Assembly: GCA_010093705.1 (NCBI GenBank) | Contig: MU006095.1 | Coordinates: forward strand, 434,001 to 498,000 | Reading direction: 5' to 3' | DNA length: 64,000 nt | From: Patellaria atrata CBS 101060 | Lineage: Eukaryota | Shown: positions 22,121-34,545 of the stretch, one piece after another | Position numbering within the stretch: position 1 is the stretch's first letter | Layout: the number at the start of each line of letters is the position of its first letter | Position numbers and translations under genes: made by a program | Notes under the pieces: generated by a model | Databases searched by the model: none | Told to the model about the DNA's origin: nothing | Seen by the model: only the letters and a program-made list of their open reading frames with translations

Positions 22121-23373
22121 TTGGAATAGAGGACTTACGTGATAATACCGCTTATATTACACAACCAGTGAGTCTTGTAATATTTGAGATGGTCGGATTC
22201 CTCAAATGGATTGTGTAGGATGTCTTCTCCTTTTAGTCAAATAAGTAAGGCTAACTAGAAAAAACTGCGGTTGAAGAGAAAGAAAGAGAAGCAGAAGGGG
22301 AGTCAGAGCTAGGAGTATGTAATAATAGATATCCTCAACCCATTGTTGACAAAATTCATTGTCCAAAAAGGGGTTGACAACAAGGGTTCATTAATAGCAC
22401 ACTCACGACAGGGGACGAACAATAGGAGCCTTATTCTACATTATTCTTCAGCAACCTCTGAGCCACTTCCAGAATGTCATAGCCGATATCCAATAGGATG
22501 CGAAACCCTCGCCGACTTATCGATCAGTCACATAAGTATCAAAAATTAACCTGCTCAACTGTAGCATATGGTACGGTTCCATGACAGGACGGTCAAAAAT
22601 GACTCCTGAAACCGGTAAGGGGTACTATTACTGGAATTACCCTTTGCGTGGTGGGAGTTGAAAGCTATAATCTCAGTATTCCTATACCTTCCTTCTTTGA
22701 GTTTCAATCATTGTACTAAGTCTAAGGAGCTATCCACCCGATTCCCCTCTGTCCGTACCCTGTGGTGAAAGGGCCCTGGGGGAAGGGGCATTGTTTCCCA
22801 AGAGGAAGAACTTGGAGGAAGACGTGGAGATCTTTGGGTACCGGTTTGCAGTCCGTATATGGCGTTTAACAGGAAGCAAGAAGCTCATATAGGAAAAGAA
22901 GTCTCCCGAGCACACAGGTACTACTGGATTTTAGGTATACTCCTTATCGGGATGATGGCTCTTGGTGATATTTTGATAAACCCCTGATATGGTAAAACTT
23001 CAAGTCCTACTCCGCGGACATTCAAAGTTGCGATCAAGTCTACTGTACCTCCATTGTCGCCGAATTTTGGTAATTTTCCAAGATGGAACCTCGTCGTGGT
23101 TTGAAGACATTGAAGCAAGGGAAGGACAGGTTACTACGAGGCTATATGATGAGGTTTCTTCATCTGCGCGACAAGCAAATCAAGGTCACCGTAGTTCTGC
23201 TCCCACTTTTCCCTTCAAGCCAACCATTCCTCCAATTCGCACCACGAGATCTACGAAAGCTCTAATTAGTATGCATGATGACCGTAGCATCAATAACAGA
23301 GTGAACACTTCGTTTGGCGAGTCGTTCATTGACATCTTTCTGTAAAATATCAGAATGCGTCCTCGTATATAAT

Positions 23374-25077
23374 ATGCGCGACCGTAACTATATGCTTCTA
23401 TTACTTTTATGTTCATTAGTCCTTGTTGTTGCCTTGTTCCTCGTGTTCACCTTTGTCATGCAATTCTTTTCATTTTCCCGTTCATATATCTTTCCAGTCA
23501 TCTTATCCCATCTATCTACCACTCAGATATCTACTGGTGTATTGGCAAATGGAAACATTGCATCAACGAGCGATTTGGGATGGTATCCCCCCAACGCTAG
23601 CTGGATCAACAATCTCTCAGATATCATCAATGGGACGGGTGTGCATGGTTTCATCTTTAACAGTTCAGAGTTACCTAATGGTATTCCGTACAGGACGTAC
23701 AATTGGTGTAATATGCCTCATGTGAGGCAGTCCGAGTATCCTGTAGCAAGCTCTGAATACGAGCTGGAGTATGTTGAAGTGGTAAGTAAACATTTCTGAT
23801 AATCGCTCCATAGACAGTATTAAAATATTCTTTCATTATTTTCCGTGTTGCAACTGTTCTATTCCAGTCTCACCATCCCCCAGATCCACCGCCATCACAA
23901 ACGCACTCCCTACGCCTCTAACACCTTCCCCAACGAATCCTTCACCTGGGACTGCTCAGACACCCACCTTTTCACCTACAGTGAGCCCCTAGAATCTCTA
24001 GAAACTACCCTGAGATCCTCCGTTCCAACCTACTGGGACATCTTCACCTCCCCTTCGAACCCCTTCACACCCGCAGGCTTCCCCGGCACCTGTCTATTCC
24101 CCCAAATCACCAATCCCGGTCTCGAGGACTCCTACAACCACGGTGCGAACCTTTACTCTGTCTACCATGATCTCCTTAGCTTTTTACCGGATACCGTCAA
24201 TGAGAGTGATGAGAGGGTGAAGTTTAGAGTCACTAACAACCCCATCACAAGCCAAGTCGCCTCCATGATAATCGCCGGCATGTATCCCTCTTTAGCATCT
24301 GCTTCCACACCCATCACTCTCATGATCCAGCCACCCTCAGTCGATTCACTCGAGCCATCATACTCTTGCCCCCGCGCAGCAGAACTATACGCCAATTACG
24401 CCGTGGGGAGCCAGGATCCGCAGTGGACGGCTCATCTTAAAGCATCCGCCCCGCTATTTGCAGCGCTCGATACCATCTCCGGTGTTTCTAGGAGCGATGT
24501 AGGATGGCACAGGAGCTGGGACCACTGCTTCGACAACCTCTCCGCGCGACAATGCCACGGTATGCCACTTCCCTGCTCCTCTTCCTCCCCCAAGCCCCAA
24601 AACACCACTCGATGCATCACGCAGACCCAAGCGGACGCGGTATACAGACTCGGCCAATACGAGTACTCCTTCATCCACCGCGATTCTAAAGACTCGCTGC
24701 GCGCCGCGGTGGCCAGTTTCGGTGTCTGGATCGCGGAACTGGCTCAGAACATCCGGGACCAGGTTTCTGGGAACAGCGGCATTATATTTCGCCACAATGT
24801 TGCGCATGATGGGTCGATGGCGAGGTTATTAGCGGTTTTGCAGGTGGAGACTATGGTTTGGCCGGGGATGGGGAGTGAGGTGGTGTTCGAGGTGTTTAAA
24901 AAGGGGAAGGGAGGGAAGAGGTACTTGAGGGTGCTCTGGGGTGGGAGGGTCTTAAGGAGTAGTGTGCCGGAGCTTGGGAGCATTGATATGCTCGATCTAG
25001 ACGTGTTTCTGGGCTATGTGGACGGTTTAGTCGGGAAGGGCGCGTCGAAGATCCCGGAGCTCTGTGGGGTGAGTTGA
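23374..25077 (+). CDS. Secreted or membrane-anchored histidine acid phosphatase (branch 2)
   Basis: Hydrophobic N-terminus; YNWCNMPHVR...LEYVEV | intron 23782-23883 | IHRHHKRTPY (variant of RHGxRxP); C-terminal catalytic AHDGS and WPGMGSEVVFE. Confidence 0.88.
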
Positions 25078-25212
25078 TACTATGTCAAATATAAAAACAT
25101 TGCTGTAGTTTCGTGCGTTGGTTATCTCACTTTGCATACCACATGATCAACAAATTTACATCCTCATACCAACCCCCCTCACGTCTTCCCCCCCTCCCTC
25201 CTCAAACCCTCT

Positions 25213-26069
25213 CTACGATCCCTCACACCTTCTCCACCCCATCACAACCGTCTGCATCACCGTAACCTCCCGCTCAACCGGAAACGTCCCACTCGGCGTT
25301 CCCCCCATCCTCGTCTTCCTCACCCTTCCCTCGATCCCCAAACTCCCAACACCGCCACACCCCGAATAAGGCGCCGGTTCCGGAACCACAGAACTCTCCA
25401 TCTGGTACGACAACTCCGAATCCACCATCGGCGAGGGGCCTGCGAAATTTAAGGTCTGCGTCATCTACTCCCCGTCAATCACATAACCCAGGAAGACAAG
25501 GAAAGAAAGGGGAATAGAGGGGAAGCGGAACCCACATTCCCAGCCCCGCTGATATCGTAGAGAAAGGAGAAATGGATCCCGACACCGCGGTCGATGGGGT
25601 CGTTTTGGCCAAGGACGGCGGTGTGCAGGACACTGAATTCCCAGTTTCCGCTGCTGCCGGAGGGGGTTTCGTCGCCCCAGCCTAGACCGATTTCGACGGT
25701 GCAGTGGGTCCGGGTTTCGGTTGTGGGGACCGAGGGGCTGATTGAGGGGGTGAGGGCGGTGTAGAGGAGGGTGAGGGAGGACTGGGGCGTGTGAGTTTTG
25801 GGTGGGATATTGGGGGGTAAGGGAGAATGAGTGGAATGAGGAGTTTGTGGATGTGCTGGAAGGGAGTGCGGTAGAGGGTTTTAGGGAAAGGGCTTTACTG
25901 TGGGGTTTGGAGAGGAGAAATTGACGGGTGTGACGGTGCTGCTGATGGAGTTGTCTGGACAGCCGGTTCCTTCGTAGACGAGGGAGAGGAGGCGGGGAGG
26001 GACGCAATAGGTTAGGGCTGGGAAGAGGGAGATGAGGGGGAAAAGAGAGAGGATGGTAGGGTTGCGCAT
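25213..26069 (-). CDS. Small secreted protein, DUF4360-like, three exons
   Basis: Signal peptide followed by YEGTGCPDNS; introns ~25898-25782 and ~25534-25465; exon 2 ...ETRTHCTVEIGL...; last exon ...YSGCGG...VMGWRRC. The GxGCP / C / SxC / WxxC pattern fits this family. Confidence 0.7.
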
Positions 26070-26512
26070 GATGCAGCTTTGCAGGTACGGGGAGGGAGTA
26101 GCTATTCAAGAGAGCTTTGAAGTAATGATAAAGGGTGCGAAAGAAGATTAGGAACTTCAATGGAAGTAGATAGAGAGAAGTCAGAACTCGGAAAGTCGGA
26201 ATGGGGTCAAGAAAAGGAGAGAAAGCAAGTGTAGTAAATCTGAATCTTCATTTTCGAGTTTGAGTGATTTGGTAGAGTTATATACAAATGTACAGCTACA
26301 TCTTCAATTTGAAGGAATCTAGAATCGGTTCGTGTTCGAAAAAACGTTGCTACGTGCGGTTGCGTCTTCGAGATCGACGTTGCATGGGTTCCGGCGTGCC
26401 AAGCTTCGTAGATGAGAGATTCATCTACAATTTATCCGCGGTTGTCATCCTTCAACAGGCTCTTCCGTTCGGTTGTAAGATTGGTAGAACTAATTTTCTG
26501 ATAGTTTTTCTT

Positions 26513-28140
26513 CTAAACATCGTCACCGCATGATTCAAGGTGCCTCTCCCCAACGATCTGATCCCATTCCCACGTCCCAAGATCTCTCTTGTCCAAGGGA
26601 GCACTCTTTGGAATCATTCTCGTCCCATCCTGTGCAAGGATTGAGAGTACATGTGCAGCAGCCTAGTCAAACCTGTCAGTTTGTTTGATACGACGATGCT
26701 TGAAACAAACTCACTTTAGCATTGGTTGTAAGAGTGTCCGGCACAGGGTTGTCAATGGTATCGCAAGCTTGATGATAGCAAGGATCCTGCTCTACACCCG
26801 TCCCCGTATGTAATCCTCCAACAGGCTTGTTCAAGGTTGTCATGAAAGAGGCATAATCACTACCACCAGTGAAGCGAGCCGCGGTGACATTCTTGCCCTT
26901 ACTAGTCAAATCCTCAACGAAGAGTCTCTCAATAACCTCAGAACCAGGTGCACCAGTCAAGTTGTGGGTGCTTCCATCTCCATCAAAGACGCCGAAGTAG
27001 CCTTTGGAGACCATGTCGAAGTTGAGATAGAGGAGGATCTTGGCTGCTTCCGTCTGGTTGAGGTTAGAGGTGTAATATCTGGAACCGACGAGCCCATTTT
27101 CTTCAGCGCCCCACCATGCAAATCGGACACGATTCTTGGTGTCGAACTTCTCTAGAGCTCGGAAGAGTTCTAAGATTAGAGTAGTTCCTGAGCCGTCGTC
27201 ATTGATACCAGCTCCTGCCTTGACGCTGTCGAGATGAGCTCCTAACTGGTAACCATTAGTCACTCCGCATGCTAGATATGTGGAGAAGTTAGCCTACCAT
27301 GATAACATTGTTAGGATCTCCGCCTTTAGTTTCAGCAAAGACATTTTGCGTGATTCTGGTTTCGATCACTTGAGTCTGCTGGAAATATGCCTCGATCTCT
27401 TCGCCGTTGCTCAAACGTTCCGCGATGAGAGTACCATCGTCTAAGTTGATCATACCGGCTGGCACAAAAGCGCTAGGATCGGGGGCAGACAAGGTCCCTC
27501 CCGTTACTTTAGTCGTGACATCGGTGTACAGAACGACGGCAGCAGCCCCCGCAGCAGCCCCGGCTCTAACCCTCGGAGCAAGCGTAGTTCCGTCGGGGCA
27601 AACACTACGCTTAATGAAGGCAATTTTTCCGGTAACATCGTAGTCAGCCCAGCCATCCACGGAGCATGCAGCTTCGCCACTAGGACCGAGAACGAGGGGC
27701 GCGGTGATTCCTTCAGCGCTGGTGGATGGTGAATAGGTCAGACCAAAGACGTAGTATTCAGTCTCACCGATTGAGAATGTGATAGAGTCAACATTGGTAT
27801 AGTTTGCTGGAAAGTCCTGGATCCAAGCGCGATACTTCCTGCTCTTCCGTACATTGTTGTAGATATAGTCACGGGAGGCGGCGAAACCTGGCATACCAAA
27901 AGCTCGGTTTCCACCATTCTCCTTTGCAATTTTATCGAGATCCTTTAGATTTCTCATTAAACTATAGGAATATTAGCGACGGTATTTTGGATAACGACTA
28001 CACCGACTCCCCTGTACGCCTTACTTTCTCTCCTTAATACCCTTCTGAAGCTTCGCCGAAGAGACCCAATTCTTGCCAAATGTCTCAGCGGTGGTCGAAC
28101 CCCAAAGGGTCAGAAGAATTCCGTAAGAAAACAGTTTCAT
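26513..28140 (-). CDS. Secreted M28A aminopeptidase with PA domain (aminopeptidase Y / Lap2-like)
   Basis: Signal peptide MKLFSYGILLTLWG; GNRAFG.PG; PA insert; GAHLDSV, GINDDGSG, WWGAEENGL, YLNFDM, SDYASF, DPCYHQACDT; three introns; last exon AAAHVLSILAQ...SCGDDV*. Confidence 0.93.
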
Positions 28141-28479
28141 GTTTGCGATTGACCAAATGGTGAAGATGACCTAACACCAGGAGGTCGGCACCTGGGCCTC
28201 TCTTTATACATTCTGGGTTATTGGGGATCAACTGGGTTCACAAATGAGTTCACTCTAGATCTTTGCCGATAGGAGGGGCGATTCAATTTACAAATGCTTG
28301 GGATGAATATTTATTAGGAAGGTATCTTTTCGTATCTTCGACGTTGAGGTCACAGCCGGATAGAGGAGCGGAGTGCCAAGAGATTATCAGCGGGCCAAGC
28401 CTCAAACAGCTTCCTGAAGCGTGAATTTGTACGGGGCCTGAGCCTTGGGTAAATATCTCACCTTGTCCTCGACGGATGA

Positions 28480-29223
28480 ACTGGCTGGAGAACTTCTTCC
28501 ATAGCATCATCCATCAACTCCTGTGGGAATTCCGCTTGGGAATGAAGAATATTCTTACCACTGAATATCGAACTTGATCGCTATATTTCCATCGTAGCTT
28601 GCCTTGTTGAGTGACCTCCAGGAGACTTTTTGGAAAGGGACATCCTTCAGGACAATGATAACTTGACCCACTGGCAACAGGTAAGAGGCAAAGCACAGCA
28701 GGTCGTTCTCCACGTCATACGAGGATTATCGCGTAATCCCACGACCGTTACTCGAGCTTCTAGATTCATGGAAAGACTTGCTTTGCGAGCTGCGCGCATG
28801 TACCTTATCGGATGCACAGGAAGATCAGCAGGGAATATTATATTATCGGAGCAAGGGCGTACAGATGTCTTGAATTCTGAAGAGCTGGGGAGCGTGAGGG
28901 GTGTGGGGCCTCCAATAATAGCCATGATGCGGATCTGAAGAATATTGCTCTCTGACAAGCATCTCCTCCGTACTGTACAAAGCTGACAGAGAGGCGAAAT
29001 GATTGATGGGAGAACGCAGGGTCCCTTTGCGGAACTATTATTTGCCCAACCCGCATGTGATCTGGTAGTCTACGCCTTGGCCATTCTTCGCAACGCTGTG
29101 AAGATGACACTTACGGCTTCTTTCAGTTTCAGTGTACTGAAGTTCTACCTGGATTGGACTATTACAAGGCTCTTAGATTTGAATCAAGAAGCGGGTGGGC
29201 ATCCCGTATCGACAACTTACTGA
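28480..29223 (+). pseudogene. Possible decayed protein-coding relic of unknown family
   Basis: Protein-like text in one frame broken by stops (WLENFFHSIIHQLLWEFRLE*RIFLPLNIELDRY...ERDILQDND...IIAMMRI*RILL); no recognisable domain. Confidence 0.3.
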
Positions 29224-29487
29224 AGTACAAGCTTTAATATTCATAATCATAAGTAGTCAATCTTTTTATTTAACTCTATAGGCCAAGTACAAGAGTGTAT
29301 TTACTCCAGCTTATCACCCAGCACTGTAATTGGATCTCGTCCTGAGTCCTTTCAATGTTTATATTTCTTTAGCCTCCTGCAAGTTCTGGTATTTGTTAAT
29401 ATTCTAGTCTCATCAGATGAGTTCTTAAAGACAGTGTAACCTTCTAGTTACAACTATGTTCTGATATCTTCCAGTCTTCCAGTGGTC

Positions 29488-31508
29488 TCAAATCCTCTTG
29501 CATAGTCTCGAACCAGACTCGATGGTTTCCCAATCCTCCGTGCCTGGAGTGGTTCTAGCATAGAACACGCCGGCTGGATCCCACTTCTTACGCAGTTCCA
29601 AGAGACGAGGATAATTGGAGCCCCAGAATGCCTGTTGCCAGTTTGGCTCCTCGAGATTACCTTCATTAACGTAGGCAGCACCATTTGGCGATGCATCTCT
29701 AAGAGCCTTGTCGATGACATTCGTTAGTCTATCCTGGGCCTGAGCCTTCTGTGACAGAGGTGCATTTCCTTCAACGTTGACCATAGTAATGCTGAAACTG
29801 GAGGCATTCCTCCAAGCCGGATGGATTGCGTTATCAACAGTCGGCAGACCTGTTCCGGGTCCAACGATGTGACCGATAATGACAGAGAAACCGCCGGCAC
29901 CACCACCTCCTACAACAGTCTTGTACCCGTTGTTAACGATCCTATCACCGTTTTGTGCGATATCCTGACGTGTGAACATACGTCCACCAACTAAACCGCT
30001 GAAACCAGCACCTTCATCCTGGAACATAGCCGTGTAGAGATCAAAGAAGGTTGGGAAATCTCTAGATGAAGATTGGAATGGGACGTTCAGGCTTCTTAGC
30101 TTGTCAAACAAGGGTTTTAGGACCTCATCGATCTTCGCTTTGTTCATGTTCGGCCCAACGAATGGTTGAACAGTGAGACTCATCCCAGAAAGCTCGTAAT
30201 ATACGAACATACCATTTTCGACGTAGTGATTGGCGAGATTGTGGAAAGCAGTAACACCTTGCCAGAACTTGTTTTGATCTTGAGTGTTGATGGAAAGTGT
30301 GGCACCTGCCGTTGGAACCTCTGGGAATGTCTTCACGGTTACGGAAATAATGGCGCCAAAAGTCGACGGCCCACCACCTTTAAGGCCCCAGAACAAGTCC
30401 GGATTATCTACCTCGTTGGCGTTGATGATATCGCCCGCAGCGGTGACAACCTCGAAGTTTAGGGCATTATCGGCAGCTGAAGTATTAGTCAGTATATTTC
30501 TATTTCATTGTTTAGATTTAGAAGCTGGGGGTTTCTCACCCATTCCGTAATAGGTTGCCATAGGCCCGTGTCCACCACCTTGGATGTAACCTCCGGCGAG
30601 ACCGACAGTCTAAATCAGCTTGATTAGCTCCCTAGTCGAGGTGTAATTAGGTATGGTTTCTCTTACCGGACATTCACCGCCTACAACAACCACCTTGGGG
30701 CTCTGCTGGTTCGCTAATCTGTAAAGTTCGCGGACCTGGGACTCATTAAAGACAGAAAGACCATAAATGGATCATATAACGAACCTGAATACCTGCTCCT
30801 ACAGTAACAGCGGTTCCCTTGTAGGTTCCCGGTCCAGCGTAGTTCTGAACGAAGTTCACTGACTTGAAACTGTGCGTATTGATCGCCAACGCACCAAATC
30901 CAGTAGAACGCCCCATAAAATCATGGCCCGTATTCCTTATGATAAGTCGGATATTGTTCGTTCGAGCAAAGTCAACACCGGCTTTGATATGCTCCTTGGT
31001 TTTCGCCATGATGACATACTCCGGCAGATGCCCGATCGTGCAGACTTGATTCCGCGCATTTATATTCGGGTTACAGGTATTGTTCGTCCAGAAGGTCCAC
31101 ATGTTGGTTACTTCTTGGTCGGCTCTGTCCAAAATTAGCTTTTCTGGGATCGAACTGAAGGATCACAGTGAGTATGGATATTTGAACATACTGCCAATCC
31201 TCCTTCGCCCAGTTTGAGTTTGCAGTGCTGCATTGCTGCTGATTATATGTATTCCTTCCTTCGAAAGAACTATAGCAGGTTGCGCCCACCGGCACTACCT
31301 TCTTGAGGTTTCCACCAACTGTAGTGTTCAGCGCACTCCATACTGAGGTGGCTGGCCAACAAGCGTCCGTCTTGTAGCATTTGCACTGGTATTGCCGTCC
31401 ATTCCAAGTGACGAGCGGAGCATTGCTTTGCCGCTCTGTTAAAGCCAAGGGAGTTGCTGATGCGAAGTGCAGCCCAAGGAAGAGCAAGAAGCCAGTGAGT
31501 GCTCCCAT
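29488..31508 (-). CDS. Secreted FAD-linked oxidoreductase (VAO/BBE-like, AA7 / isoamyl-alcohol-oxidase-like)
   Basis: Signal peptide, CKCY..DACWP, RNTGHDFMGRS (flavinylation His), GGECPTVG..GGY.QGGGH (second flavinylation Cys), C-terminal BBE motif AYVNE...QAFWGSNYPRL..LR.KWDP; four introns. Confidence 0.92.
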
Positions 31509-32712
31509 CGTGGGTAAGATATCGTTTCTAAAGACTGTTTACAACGTAGAAATCGCAGAAGGGTAAGTGATATCGACATCTTTTTATTTATGGGTCCCTC
31601 GAGGATCCCGAATCCCGCACCCACGTGGCTCTCTGCAAATTTCGTTAATTGTGGAATATGCTCACCCCGCAAACAGCAGTTTAAAAGTTCTTGGAAGCTC
31701 TATAAGGGAGAGGATCGATTAGATATGTTATATAAAGAGCATGGCTGTCAGGGATGCGGTTTAACCTTTCTGGGGTTACCCCACATCGTTTCTGGATCCG
31801 GGAGTTTTTAATCCTGGAGCAACACGCGAAGAAAGGCGAATAGCCCGGTGCTTGGCTGTCGCGGGTAGAGGGACCAAGAGAATTCTGTTTATGGGATATG
31901 AGGTTTGGTTTACGGCTGTTAGCAGTTGAATTACGAGTTACAATCTTCGCGGCTGGCGTTCATGCTGTTGAGGCTTATTATAGTAAGTCGAATCTTGTTT
32001 TGCGGATAAGGATAGCGATACTAACCCTTCTGTCCCATATGATATCTTTCGATTTTGATTAGAAGAAAGGAACTGGTCATTGATTCGCTGTTTATATCAC
32101 CGACAGAGGTCGGCAATTACTGTATCTGGACACGCTATCCGCGTTGTGTGCGTCCTGAACACAAGTAAGTCCTAATTAGCAAAGAGGACCTCAACAGGTT
32201 ATCCTTTCCTGCAAGTCTGCGTAAAAGTCTATTTCATGCAATACCCTTAAAGCCTATGCATTGTTTAGTCCAGTACGGTATAATATCAGCTCGACCGGAG
32301 AGGGTCAAATTCTCGACCATCCAGCCGCATCTACTTATCAAAGAGTACAGCTTCCACGTCTCTTCATACGAATTGGTACTCGTGACTATTTCCTAATTGT
32401 TATTTCACCGACTTAGAACTCTTCAACAAAAATACTTCGCTAACGTGGTACAAGAATGGCTCTTATGAATGGAAGTAGTCAAGAATAAAAGCCCTTAACA
32501 TTGGTTTAATCTAACACCAAGTACCTGTCCTATCCCCTCCTTATCTGGATAGATCATTTGGGTCATGATTTTAAACGCAAGAATGGAAACCGATCTTCAT
32601 AAGGAAATACAAATTCATAATTTCATCCCAAGTAACCCAATCCTTCCGCCTACCATACCCCCATCGACCAAACCCCTATATACAACAAGAAGAGATCACT
32701 CTCTGTACCAAT

Positions 32713-33537
32713 TTAACAAGCCGGTAACTTACTCAATTTCCCCTGACTCCCCAAACAATTCGCCGTCGAATCCACCTTACTCGAACTCCCACTCCCCTTC
32801 GTGACCCCCTTATACTCCTGACACACCCTCTTACTAGCCCCACAGCTCCCACTCACCGTCGCCGTATCCCCATAATTGCTATTAATCCCAACCAAATCGC
32901 TCGTCATGCCCTTCACGCGCACGTTCTCGACGACCACGTTCCGCGGCCCCCCGTTGTTGGTGCAGTCGCCGCAGGAGCGATACAGCTTGCCGGCGCCGTC
33001 GACGGTGAAGTTGCGGATCGTGACTGTCCCGCGCCCGTTGTGTTGGACGACTTTGTCTTTTGCGGCGGCGGCACCGCCGCCTTGGATCAAGACGTTGCCG
33101 GTTCCGAGGGCGGAGATGGCGTCTGAAACCGTCAGTACATCAAGCCCAAGCCAAACCCCGAAACAGAAACGGGGGTTTATGCCAGGAGATGAGGGTTTCT
33201 CCTACGTACCTTCGCACACGTCGCGGAACCAGACGTTGGTCAGGGTGCAGGCGCCCTTGCAGTGGATGCCTTCGAGCTGGTTGGCGCCGATGATGACGTT
33301 GGAGATGGAGGCACCGTTTTCGAGGATGAAGACCGCGCTCTCGGAGCCCGTGTCGTCGTCGGTGTTGCAGGCACGGCCGCGGTCGAATTCTTTGTTGCCG
33401 TAGTCTACGGAGCCGGTGATCGTGGAGGGTTGGGAGAGGGAGATGATGGAGCCGGAGCGGGTGGGGATGTTGAGGGTTTGGGCGAGGGAGAGGGTGGAGA
33501 GGAGGAGGGTTAGAACTGTGTGGGTGAGATCCTTCAT
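32713..33537 (-). CDS. Pectate lyase, polysaccharide lyase family 3
   Basis: Signal peptide; FILENGASISNVIIG, EGIHC.G.CTL.NVWFRDVCE|DAIS (intron 33209-33123), DKVVQHNG, GKLYRSCGDC, GINSNYGD. Confidence 0.95.
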
Positions 33538-34545
33538 GGTGATGCGATAGTTAAACGTGTGTTTTTGAACTGTGGGGAGGCTTGGATGCTGGGGAATGAT
33601 CGTAGACTGTGCACTGGAGATGGTGAGAGTCGAAGCAGTTGTCTGTCCGCCATCTTATATACTGTGCGATGGTATGTCCATTCAGGAGTATAAAGAAGAC
33701 GTTAATACTGATCGTGAACTAGGAGATACATGGTCGGAAGAACTGTGCACATCAAATCAACTGTCGTCAAGAATAACGCCGTCTTGGACGTTCAACACCG
33801 AACTTCCAAACCATGCCATATGACGAACCTACTCTTTGTCGAATCTATTTTTCAAGCACCATCTCCTATTCAAGAAATATTTGGTTGGCGGACTATCTCC
33901 GTTTACAGCAAGGGTGTTCCTCGTTTTCTCCGCATTCTTTAAACGCTAGCGCCCACATTGACTAAGAAAAGTATGGGGAATCCCTACGTCGACATCTGAA
34001 GTACCTTAGCGATTCGCTGAGCCTCGGAGAAATTGGACTCAACTATCGTGTAACAAGCGGAGACGTTTTAATATACCTGAGCCTATTGCAATTACTCGAA
34101 GAGTGGTGAGAGTTAGGGAGAAATGTGGCGGTGGTCAGGGGAAGACGGAACCGACTGGACAAACCAGGTTTTCAATACTGTACAAACTGCACGATTGTAT
34201 AGAAAGCGGAAACTAAGAATATTTCCCGAAACACTATAGATGCAGAAATGTACAGAAACCGGGAAGTGTACAATGCGCCTAGGTTGTACAGATCGGCTGG
34301 ACTGTACGAATTCGCGGAATTGTTAAATGACAAGACGGTACAAATCACCGGACTGTAGAAATCACTTGTTTGAATAAAACTGGTCGGGATTGCAGGAAGA
34401 ACTGGACGTTTTAGCTTCTGAGATCTAATAAAGTTTCGGCCATGAAAGTTCAACACCTTACACCAATAGAGAAATGCGAATTTGACAGGGAGAACATAGT
34501 GGACGATATCAGCAATGAGAAGCGTGATCCATAACTCGGACAATC

